Notes under the pieces: generated by a model
Databases searched by the model: none
Told to the model about the DNA's origin: nothing
The model's input: the letters and a program-made list of their open reading frames with translations, nothing else
DNA from: Dehalococcoidia bacterium
GTDB taxonomy: Bacteria; Chloroflexota; Dehalococcoidia; Lucifugimonadales; UBA3495
Direction: 5' to 3'
DNA length: 64,000 nt
Assembly (NCBI GenBank): GCA_963663945.1
Contig: OY760687.1
Span: forward strand, 2,639,918 to 2,703,917
Translations under genes and position numbers: made by a program
In this document: positions 18,357 to 29,400 of the stretch, in pieces
How the letters are laid out: every line of letters starts with the position of its first letter
How positions within the stretch are numbered: the stretch's first letter is position 1

Positions 18357-19288
18357 CCGATTTTGAAACGCTGGATCATCGCCCCCAAACCCTTTGCGGA
18401 AGTTGAAACGGGTACCTAACCAAACCCGGCACGTCTTGACGGTTTGCTGATGGACCAATCCATTCGCGGTCCAGTTGAACTCCGGGACCCCTCCCGATTA
18501 GACGGACGATAGGTCACCCCCGCCCGCTGGTCATGGAGTTCTACAGATGCGCTTCAGGTCACGGCCGTGGCGGGCCAGGTGATTTTCGGTCGGACGGTCA
18601 AGTTGCACAGTAACGCCGGAGCGGACACGGCGTCGTTACGCCGTGCGCGACCATTACGCTGGCGCCGGTTGGACCGCCCGGGTCGGCACCGAAATTGCAC
18701 AAAATTTGTGCTCGGATAAGACGGCCGGGGATCCTGGAAGAGAATCCCTGTCGGCACTCTGCGCCACGCCAGTTGCTAAAAAACTGTGGCTGCGCCGGGC
18801 ATTTGTAGCCAAACGCAACAGCCGGCACAGAACCATGCCCGTAAGACACAGCACCATGGGCCATGGTGGCCTCGGCGATGCCCTCTAACGACGGTCTGAC
18901 AAGGTGAACGTAGTCTGGAAATTCAACAACACCGGCCTGACCGTCGCCACGCTGTTCGAAACCGGGTAGAGACCCACCAGTGATGAATTCTCAGATGGCT
19001 CGGAAGGGATCACTCGCCGGCAGACTGCGCTGTGGGATTGGAAGCTTGGTCAGCCGAACCGACGACGAGGCCATCCCCAGAGTGGGGGCAGCGGCACTGG
19101 GCATTCGACGGCGCCGTGGTTCACGACAACCGCACGCTGGAGCCTCCACCGCGACCATCGGCTGACGGCTCAGCGTCCGGCGGACTCAAACCAATTCCGT
19201 CGTTCTCCATTGCTGCCATTTCATAGACGATTAACAACCGCACCGCGTGATCTGTGGATTTTTTGGTTTGCGGAGGCGGCTGGCAGTG

Positions 19289-19465
19289 TCACGACTCCTC
19301 ATGTATAGACCGTTCAACCAGCGCACGCTGGTTTTTGCTATTGGGCGCCGTTTCACCACGTTCCCACCGCCTCAAAGTACGTTCATCGATCTCGAGGCTA
19401 TGCGCGAATCGCTTTTGGCTAGTTTTCCCCGATTTCCGCACGTGCTTGATGCGCTCGCCTCTCAC
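19289..19465 (-). CDS. Small XRE/Cro-C1 helix-turn-helix protein
   Basis: RGERIKHVRKSGKTSQKRFAHSLEIDERTLRRWERGETAP; GTG start overlaps the recombinase stop (GTGA). Confidence 0.75.
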   Translation of the reverse strand: MRGERIKHVRKSGKTSQKRFAHSLEIDERTLRRWERGETAPNSKNQRALVERSIHEES

Positions 19466-20257
19466 TGACCCCGAGGAAAGGGATTGTTTGAAGTCGACCA
19501 ATATCGCGCCTGTCGCAAAGGCGGGGGAGCGCCCTTGCCCGTCTCCACCATTCCATGTAAATTCCGATATGGGGTGCGCCACACTTCGAGGTCTTCTCTG
19601 TAGTCCATCGCTTGGAAAAGTGCGTAGAAGGCTTTCATGGGCCGGAACCCCACTACCTCCCGGATTTCCAGATCAACATAGACGCTGTGGAACACCGCCA
19701 ACAACAAGCGATTGCGCTGACCGGCTTCGGCTGCTGCCCATAGTTCTTTCAGGTCGGCCAGGATCTTGACCGTCTCGGCCGCGTCATCCAGTTCCGGGAC
19801 ATAGATCGTGGTCAGTTCAGCCTCGGCGTTTTCTTTGATAATCAGATAGCGTTCCTTGGACACGTCGCCTTCCAGGTACAGTTCCTGAGCCCGCTCGATC
19901 TTTCTCTGCAGAGCCTCGCGCCTTTTGGGGCTTTCGTTCCGGTCGGTTCCTGCGACGTAGTTTTTTGACTATCCAGTCAACCCAGTCGGGCCGCAGGTTG
20001 AACCCGCGGAAGATCTAGTCGACCTGGTATTCAAACCCGCGACCGACAAACGATTGGCCGACATGAGCGCAGAGTCGGTCCGTGGCTTTTCGGGCCACCA
20101 CGTAATAGGTCTTGCCATCTTGCCCCTGTCTCTGCGACCACTGCTTCGTCCTGTACCGGTGACAGCGCAGCAGGCTAGTGAGCATGTGAGGGTTCGGGCT
20201 GGTGCGGCTGACCGAAGCCGATTTCCGGGATCGGTCGAGGGTGGTGCGTGATGGCAT
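19462..20257 (-). pseudogene. C-terminal remnant of a large serine recombinase (Zn-ribbon + coiled coil)
   Basis: PHMLTSLLRCHR...KTYY...CAH (degenerate Zn ribbon), stop near 20015, frameshift in an A-run near 19965, then REALQRKIERAQELYLEGDVSKERY...RNRLLLAVFHSVYVD...MVETG. No catalytic domain. Confidence 0.75.
19524..19550 (+). other. tmRNA/tRNA-Ala-like 3'-end fragment; putative attachment site
   Basis: ...CCCGTCTCCACCA. CGTCTCC-A-CCA would pair with a GGGGACG 5' strand including G3.U70. It is read antisense as MVETG in the recombinase tail. The T-arm part is degenerate. Confidence 0.55.
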
Positions 20258-20328
20258 GTTCGCTCCTAATGTGAGCAGCCTGGAGCCACCGGCGCCGGTC
20301 GCTCCGGCCGTTTGCGGAGACTGGCGTG

Positions 20329-20375
20329 AAAAGACGCCCCGGGGACGGGCTATGCGCCGGGTCCTTCGGGGCGTT
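20329..20375 (-). terminator. Probable terminator after the giant surface-protein gene
   Basis: ACGCCCCG...CGGGGCGT stem followed by CTTTT on the minus strand, about 25 nt past the stop at 20401. Confidence 0.45.
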
Positions 20376-20400
20376 CGGTTAGCGGAGTGGTCGCGGCGAG

Positions 20401-23400
20401 TTACGGGGTGTTCACCCGGTGGCGGTGCTGGTCCTCGACCCAGGGGTGTTTGACGAAGGCCTCGTCAGTCTCGCCGGCGGCGGTGATAACCGAGCCGTTC
20501 AGCTGCAGGCCGTTCGAGCGCATGTACACTCCGTCGTCGTCGCGGTCCTCGGCTACGACGGTGTAGTGGAAGTGGAGCGTGTCGCTCGTGGAGTCCTGGG
20601 CCGAGTATTGGGCCAGACGCAGCGTCTCACCGATGATCAGCCGGAAGAAGGGCGACCCGCCGGCGGTGTTCAGGTCGATGTCGTCGTTGAACCGTACGGT
20701 CGCGGTGATCACATCGCCGGTGCGGTAGGTTCTGTCATCGCCGGCGTCGCTGGCGAGGGCCAGATTGGTGATGTAGCGGTAATGTCTGGGCAGGATTTTG
20801 TGGTCCGGGAATTCGCCGTCGAGGCGACCAGGCCGTTGGTGTTCCAGGATTGCGTCCCTTCCTGTCGAGGCGTGGCGGATTGAACCGCGGCCCGCGTGGA
20901 GCTGGTTGGCGCCCATGTAGATCCCACTATGGTCCCTGGTTCTCTGTGGAATGGTCCATGAGAAATACAGGGTCCGGCTGCCCGAGCCGCTCGAGTAGCG
21001 GAGGTAGGGCGCGTTGTCGGCGCCGGGGGAGTCGTCGACGCGCAGGCGCATGTGTGGCGTGCCTTTCGTCGTGTCGACGACGACCGAGGCGTCGAAGGTG
21101 ACGCTGAACGATATGGTCTCGCCAATGCGGTAGGTGTCGCCGCTCCGGGGGCTGGATTCGATCCTGACGCCCCGGTTGATGATGCGTGGTGCGGCGTTGA
21201 CCCGGTGGTCTGGCTGGTCGTCCAGTTCCAGATGGAACAGGTTGGCGTGGAGTGTGTGGCCGCTCAGGTCGACGCTGACGCTCTGACCCGAGATCGAGTT
21301 TCGGGGGATGGAAACGCCGTCCGGGTCCGAGTCCTGTTCGACCACGGTGTAGGCGAAGGTGAGGACGTGGCCGGATGCGTCAGTGCTTGAATAATGGGCT
21401 TCGCGCTGGCTTTCGCCGATGGTCAGTGGCAACCAGAGCTCGCCGCTGGCGGTTTCGAAGGTCACGGTGACCGGCTGGTCGAACGTCACGGTCGCGGTGA
21501 TCACATCCCCGGCGGCGTAGGTCCGGTCTGCGCCCGGGTCGCTGCTGATGGCGAGCCCGGTGATCACCGGCCGGATGGCGGCGATTGTAGATCCGTCCAC
21601 CTTGTGTCCGGCGAATATGCCGGGCGCCGGGTGTGTGAGGTCGGCGTCCGTGCCGATCTGGGAGTGGGTGATCGATGCGCCATCCAGGTTAACGGCGTTG
21701 GCTGCCATGGATACGCCATCGTCGTCGCTGTCGGCCTGGACCACGGTGTACGAGAACACCAGGCTGCGGTCAGATGAACTACTGGCGTCATAGGCGGCGG
21801 TGCGGAGGTTGTCGCCGATGGTGAATTCCAGGTACGGAGATCCGTCAATGACATCGACCGTCACGTCGGAATCGAAAGCCACGATGAACGTGATGATTTC
21901 GTTCTGGCCATAGGTATCGTCGGAGGATGGCGTGGATGCGATCTGCAGGCCGCCCGTGACGATCAGCGGGATCTTGTTGACCACGTGGGCCGGATTGTCG
22001 GGGAGGGCCGCGTGGGCCAGGGACGCATCGACGGTGTCGTCGCTGTTCCTGATGGTTGCGCCGTTCAGCGATATTGCGTTGGCGGCGATGGACACGCCGT
22101 CCTGGTCGCTGTCTTCGGCGACGACGGTGTAATAGAAGTGCATGTCGATGGTTCCGCTAATGGAGCCGACGTATGCGGCGTTTCGCACCGCGGCGCCGAT
22201 GGTCAGCGCGATGGTCGGCGTCCCGTTGGTTTCGTCGATGTTCACCTCCTCATCGAAAGTCACGATGACGTTGATCGTGCTGCCGGTGATGTAGGTCTGG
22301 AGCCGGCTGGGATCGGTACCGAACTCGATACTGCTTATCCTGGGCCGCGGGATGTTGATCACGCTGCCGTCGACCTTGTGCTCGGCAAGAGTCCCGCTGT
22401 CGCCGGCCGGGCCGTGTCTCAGGTTGGCGTTCCGTCCGGTGGTGATGTGGGTGATGGTTCCGCCGTCCAGGAACAGCTGGTTGAGGCTGATGAATATGCC
22501 GTTGCTGTCCCGGTCGCCCGACTGGACGGTGTAGTCGAACTCCAGGGTTTTTGTACCGGAGCCGCGGGCGTAGCGGAAGCGGGCTCTGTCGTCGTCGTCG
22601 TTGTGGTAGGCCGCGAACAGCACGTCGACCCTGGGCGTGCCGTTGGTGGTGTCCACGACAACCACGGAGTTGAAAGTGACGCTGATGGTGATGGTCTCGT
22701 TCAGGCCGTAGGTCTCGTCGCCCAGGGGAGACGACGTGACGTCGACGCCGTTGTTGACAATGGCCGGGGCCCGGTTGATCCGATGGCCTGTCTGGTTGGG
22801 CAAGGCCCGATGGGCCAGGGATACGTCGTTTGCGGTTCCGGCGTACCGTATCGTGCCGCCGTCCAGTGTCAGGGAGTTGGCCGCGATGGACGGGCCATTG
22901 TTGTCGCGGTCCTCCGCGACGATGGTGTACGAGAAGGTGAGCACCAGGCCGGATGAGTCGGTGCTGGTGTACGCGGCGTTTCGAGTCATGGAGCCAATGG
23001 TGAGCGGTAGGTAGGGCGTGCCGCCGGTGGTGTCCACCGTTACCTGTTCGGCGAACGTCATCGCCACGGTGATGGTGTCACCGGTGGCGTAGGTGGCATG
23101 AATTCCCGGGTCACTGCTGATGCTCAGGGCGGTGATGTCCCGCCGGCCGACCTGGTGCTGCGGGAACACACCGTTGGTCCCGGGCAGCGGGTGGCTGAGA
23201 TCTGCGTCCCTGCCCGTGGTGAAGTGTTTGATGGCGCCGTTGTTGAGCGCCAGGGCGTTGGCCGCGACGGATACGCCATCCTCGTCCAGGTCGCCGGATA
23301 CCACGGCGTAGGAGAACGTCAGAATGCGGTTGGTGGCGTCGATGGTGGTGTAGGTGGCTTGCTTTGCAGTGCTGCCTACGGTGAGCGCCAGGGTCGGTGT

Positions 23401-26400
23401 GCCGTTGGTGGTATCCACGATCACGTCGGAGTCGAAGGTGACGCCGAATGTGATGGCCTCTCCGGGCGCGTAGGGGTTACCGCTGGCCGGGCTGGACGTG
23501 ATGTCCACGCCGTCAGTGATTATCAGCGGTATCTTGTTGACCAGGTGGCCGGTCTGAGTTGCCAGGGCCGCATGGGTCAGGGAGGCGTCAACGGTGTCGG
23601 CCTTGTTCCTGATGGTGCCGGCGTTCAGCGCCAGCGAGTTGGCGGCGATGGCTATGCCGTCCTGATCGCTGTCGTCGGAGATCACGGTGTAAGAGAAGGT
23701 CAGGACCGTCTCGCTGGAGTCGATCGACGTGTAGCCGGCGCTGCGGGCAGTGTCGCCGATCGTCAGCGCGAGGCTGGGCGTGCCGTCGGTGGTGTCCACC
23801 ACGATTGCTTCGCTGTAGGTCACGGCGGCGGTGATAGCGTCGAAGGTGGCGTAGGTGTTGTCGGTTCCGGCGTTGCTGGTAAGCGTGACGCTGGTGATCG
23901 TGGGCGCGTCAGGAATGGCGTCGACCTTGTGACCGGCGAACAACCCGCTGGTCCCGGGCAGTGGGTGGCTGAGATCCGCGTCCCTGCCGGTGGTGGTGTG
24001 TTTGATCGTGCCGCTGTTGAGGGACAGGGCGTTGGCGGCGACGGATACGCCGTCGGTATCGAGATCGCCGGCAACCACGGTGTAGGAGAAGCCGAGGGTC
24101 TCGCCGTTGGCGCTGGTCGAGTTGTAGGTGGCGGTCTTGGAGGCGCTGCCGAGGGTGAACGCCAGCAGCGGGAACCCTCCGGCGGTGGTTACGGTGACGG
24201 GAGCATCGAAGGTGGCGGTGAAAGTGATCGTTTCACCGACCAGATAGGTGTCGCCGGATGCGGGGTTGGATGTGATCTGCACGCCGCCGGTGACGATCAG
24301 CGGTATCTTGTTGACCAAGTGGTCAGCTTGCGCGAGCAGGATTGTGTGGCCGAGGGAGGCGTCGGCGGTGTCGGCTTTGTTCCTGATCGTGCCGGAATTC
24401 AATGCCAGGGAGTCGGCGGCGATGGATATGCCGTCCTGGTCGCTGTCGTCGGCAACGACAGTGTAGGAGAAGGTCAGGACTGTCTCGCTGGAGTCGATCG
24501 ACGTGTAGCCGGCGTTGCGGGCATTATCTCCGATGGTCAGTGTGAGGCCGGGCGTACCGTCGGTGGTGTCCACGGCGACGGCTTCGTCATAGGTCACGGT
24601 TGCGGTGATCGTATCGCCGGTGGCGTAGGTTTGGTCCGTGCCCGGGTTGCTGGTCAAAGCGACGGCGGTGACGGCCGGTTGGCCCGGGTCCGGGATCGTG
24701 CCGCCGTCGATAGTTGTTGAAGCCAGGGTTGTTTGAGCGGGGAGCCTGAGTATGGCGGTGAGTTCGGATTCCGCGTCTGTGATCGCGCCTCCGTTGAGTT
24801 CGAGGGCGCTGGAGTCAATTTCGATCCCGTCGGTGTCGTGGTCGCCTGGTTGGACGGTGTACTCGAAATAGAGTGTCGCGGTTCCGGAACCGTCAGTGTA
24901 GTCCAGGTACGCGGTCTGGTCGGGATTGACCGTATCGCCCATGGTGAAGGCGATGCGGGGGTTTCCGTCGGTGGCGTCGACTGTGACGGAGTGGTTGAAC
25001 GTGAGGCTGGCGCGGATGGTCTCGCCGTTTCCGTAGGGTCCGTCGGTTGCCGGTGTTGAGACGATCTGGAGGCCGTTATTGATTATGTAGGGGTGATTTG
25101 CGGTTCCCTGAACGCTGATGTGCAGTTCCTGCGGCTGGCCGAATCCAATGTTGACCCAGTTGCTGCTGGCTCTGGTGTGCCAGTTTTCGATGGTCCAACC
25201 GGCGACCGTTCCGGGGTCTTCCTGGTCGTCACGGGCCATGGAGAACCGGGCGTGGGCGTTGTTGACGCAGCCGCTGGTGCACCGTATGACGAACATGTAG
25301 GCCGTCGAGGGTTCGAGCTCGATGTTGTTGGGGTCGGTGAATACTGGCATCGTGAGATCGGCGACGGGACTGGTGTGCGTGAGCGTAGTGAGTTTGGCGC
25401 CCCGCTGGTTGTTTGTCAGGTGGTGGACGGAGGCTTCCAGAGTGATGGTGTCTGCGGACCGCCCGTTACGGGTGATGGCGGTGACCGATTCCAGGCGGTA
25501 GCCGCGTCCGGATCCGGTGCGGAATACCTGGCCAATGCCGCTGTTGGAACTGTCGATTTTTAGCGAACTCTCGCGCGGGGAGTTGAAATTGGCGACCAAT
25601 ACAGTGGCTGCGGGTGCGTCGGTTCCGTTGGTGGCACTTGACGCGTTTACGGAGTGGCCGGTGAAGACTCCGTTAGTACCGGGCAGAGGGTGGCTGAGGT
25701 CGGCGTCCTTGCCGGTGGTCGTGTGTTTGATGGTGCCGTTGTTCAGTGCGATGGCGTTGGCGGGCACGGACAGTCCGTCGTCGTCCAGGTCGTCGTCGGC
25801 CACTGTGTAGGAGAAGGTCAGGATGCGGTTGGTGACGTCGACGGCGGCGTAGGCGGCGCTCTTCGCGGTGGTTCCGACCGTCAACGCCAGGGTTGGTGTT
25901 CCGTCCGTGGTGTCGATGGCAACGTCGGAGTCGAAGGTGACGCCGAAGGAGATGGTCTCGTCCGGCCGGTAGGTGTCGCCGTTGGAGGGAGCGGACGTGA
26001 TGTCTATGCCGTTCGCAATGATCAGCGGAATCTTGTTGACTAGGTTAACAGCTTGCGCGGGCAGGGCCGCATGGCTCAGGGACGCGTCGATGGTGTCGGC
26101 CTTGTTCCTGATCGTGCCGCTGTTCAGGGCCAGCGAATCGGCAGCGATGGATATGCCGTCCTGGTCGCTGTCGTCGGAGACCACGGTGTAGGAGAAGGTC
26201 AGGGTTGTTGCGGCGGAATCGATGGTGGTGTAGCCGGCGCTGCGGGCGTTGCTCCCAACGGTGAGCGTCAGACTGGGCGTGCCGCTTGTGGTGTCGACGG
26301 CGACGGCTTCGCTGTAGGTCACGGCTACGGTGATCGCGTCGCCGGTGGCGTAGGTGTTGTCGGTTCCGGCGTCGCTGCTCAGAGTGACGCTGGTGATGGC

Positions 26401-29400
26401 GGGCACGTCGGGGTCTCCGTCGGCCCGGTGGTTGGGGAAACTGCCGCTTGCGCCGGGCAGCCCATGGCTGAGGCCGGCGTCCTTGCCGGTGGTCGTGTGC
26501 TTGATCGTGCCGCCGTTTAGCGCCAGGGCGTTGGCGGGAACGGACAGACCGTCCTCGTCCATGTCGTCGGCCGCTACGGTATAGGAGAAGGTCAGGATCC
26601 GTTTCGTGGCGTCGATGCCGGTGTAAGCGGCCTGCCGGCTGGCGTTGCCGAGGTTGATCACCAGGTACGGGGTTCCGTCAGTGGTGTCGACGTCGACGTT
26701 TGCATCGAAGGTCACGGTGAACGTGATCGTTTCGTCGAGTTGGTAGGTGTCGCCGCTGGCGGGAGTGGACGTGATCTGCACGCCGCCGGCGACGATCAGG
26801 GGTATTTTGTTGACCACGTGGCCAGTTTGGGTATCCAGAGCCGTATGGTCCGGGGATGCGTCCATGGTGTCGCCGGCGTTTCTGATCGTTCCGGAGTTCA
26901 GGGCGAGCGAATTGGCCGCGATGGAGATGCCGTCCTGGTCGCTGTCGTCGGAGACCACGGTGTATGAGAAGGTGATCTTCCGGCCGAGGGCGCCGGTTTC
27001 CGTGTAGCCGGCATCCCGGGCGTTGTCGCCGACGGTGAGTGCGAGGCTGGGTGTGCCGTCGGTGGTATCCACTGTGACGGGCACGTTGTAGGTCGCGGCC
27101 ACAGTGATCACGTCGCCCGCGGCGTAGGTGCCATCTGCGCCGGGATCGCTGGTGATGTCGAGGGCGGTGATTTCCGGGCTGGACACCACGATCTTGACGC
27201 GGTAGGTGTAGGTCGCGGCGCTTGCCGTCGTGACCGTGACCACAACTTCCTCGGGCTCCTGGGTGAGGTCCACCTGGTGGCCGGTCGCTTCGGTGTCGGA
27301 ATCGGCCGGCTGGATGGTCACGGTGTGGTCGGACGGCGCGGTGGCGGTGACGGTGGTGCTGGTGGCGTCCGCCGGGAACGTGGCCGTGTAGCGGAGGACC
27401 GTTGGGCCGAAGTCTGGCGCCAGAGTCCCGCCGCTGAGCGAAAGGTCGGACAGATTGGTGAAATCGGCCAGCAGCTTGCCGTCCAACTTGTGGTTGCCGA
27501 ACGTTATCTCGGAGACAGGGTCGGGATGGGTGAGCAGGGCGTCTAGGCCAGTGGCTGCGTCCCGGATGGTCCCACCGTTGAGTTGCAGAGCGTTGCCGCG
27601 GATGCGGATGCCGTTGTTGTCCCTGCTGCCTTGAGGGACTCGCCACTCGAACTGCAGGGTCGAAGATCCGGAGCCGCGCTGGTATTCGGCCTTGCGGGTG
27701 GCCGCGAGTCTTCCGGCGTTGCCCACTTTGAATGTCATGGTGGGTGTGCCGTCTGCGGTGTTCACCACGACCGGGGACGTGAAGGCGACGCTGATGACTA
27801 TGATCTCGTTGCGCCCGTAGGTGTCGGCGGCGGCTAGCGGCATGGAGGTTATGGTCACGCCGCCGTCGGCGATGGCGGGGGCGACCGTAACCGCGTTGAC
27901 CTTGTGCCCAGGGAACAGGCCGTTGGTACCCGGTAGCGGGTGGTCGAGGTCGGCGTCCTTGCTGGTGGTCGTGTGCGTGATTGTGCCGCTGTTCAGGTCG
28001 ATGGCGTTGACGGGCACGGACAGGCCGTCCTCGTCCAGGTCGCCGGAGGCTACCGTGTAGGAGAAGGTCAGGATCCGTTGCGTGGCGTCGATTCCGGTGT
28101 AGGCGGCCTGCCGGTTGGCGCTGCCGAGGGTGATTGCCAAAGCAGGGGTTCCATCGGTGGTGTCAACCGCGACGTCGGAATCAAAGGTCACGGTGAACGT
28201 GACCGTTTCGCCGGCCTGGTAGGTGTCGCCGCTGGAGGGAGTGGACGTGATCTGCACGCCGTTCGCGACGATCAGGGGTGTCTTGTTGACCAGGTGACCG
28301 GTCTGGGTCTCCAGGGCGGCATGGGCCAGCGAGGCGTCGGCGTCGTCATCGTCGGCGGTGATCGCGCCGTTGTTCAGCGCCAATGAGTTAGCCGCGATGG
28401 ATATGCCGTCCTGGTCGCTGTCCTCGGAGACCACCGTGTACGAGAAGGCGATCGTGGTCTTGGCCTCATTGTGCCCCGTATAGGAGGCGGCACGGGCGTT
28501 GTCGCCAATGGTGACAGCCAGGCTCGGCGTGCCGTCGGTGGCGTCAACATCTACGGCCTGGTCGTAGGTCACGGCCACGGTGATCGCGTCGCCGGTGGCG
28601 TAGGTGCCATCGGAGCCGGGATCGCTGATGATGGCCAGGGCGTTGATGGTGGCCAGGTCGGTGATGGTGGCGCTAGTCAGCGCGATGTTGACGCGGTACA
28701 CCCGGTCTGCGGAGTCTGCCTTGGAGACGGAGACGGTGATTTCGTCGGGCGCCTCGGTCAGATCCACCTGGTGGCCGTCGGTCTCGGTGTCGGAGTCCGC
28801 CGGCTCGATGGTTATGGTGGCGCCGGACTCTGCGGTGGCGGTCACGGTGGTGCTGACGGCGTCTGCCGGGAACATGGCGATGTAGCTGACGGTTGTCGGT
28901 TCGAATGTTGGCGAAAGGGTGGCGCCGCTGAATGACAGGGCGGAAAGACTGGCGAAAGCGGGCATCAGTCTGCCGTCCACCTTGTGGTCGGCGAAGATGC
29001 CGTTACTGCCGGGCAGAGGGTGTGTCAGCAGGGCGTCGGTAAGATTGGTCGTGTTCCGGATGGTGCCGCCGTTCAGTTCGAGCGAATCGGCCAGGATTCG
29101 GATGCCGTTGTTGTCCCTGTCGTTGGCGAGAACCTTCCACTCGAATTGGAGGGTGGAAGATCCGGAACCGCGCTGGTATTTGGCTTCACGGTCTCGCGAT
29201 CGGGCATCGGCGTTGCCGATCCTGACGGACAGGCTCGGCGTTCCGTCTGTTGTGTCCACCACGACCGGCGCGGTGAAGGCCATACTGACGACGATGGTCT
29301 CGTCAAGGCCGTAGGTGTCGGTTTCGGCGATCGGCGTGGAGGATATGGTAATGCCGTCCGCGGCGATAGCGGGTGTGACCGGCGATCCGTCCGCCCGGTG

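Noticed and set aside
19500-19552. A complete tRNA or tmRNA gene
   Set aside because: Only the acceptor 3' strand and CCA are present; no TTC T-loop and no 5' GGGG strand upstream.
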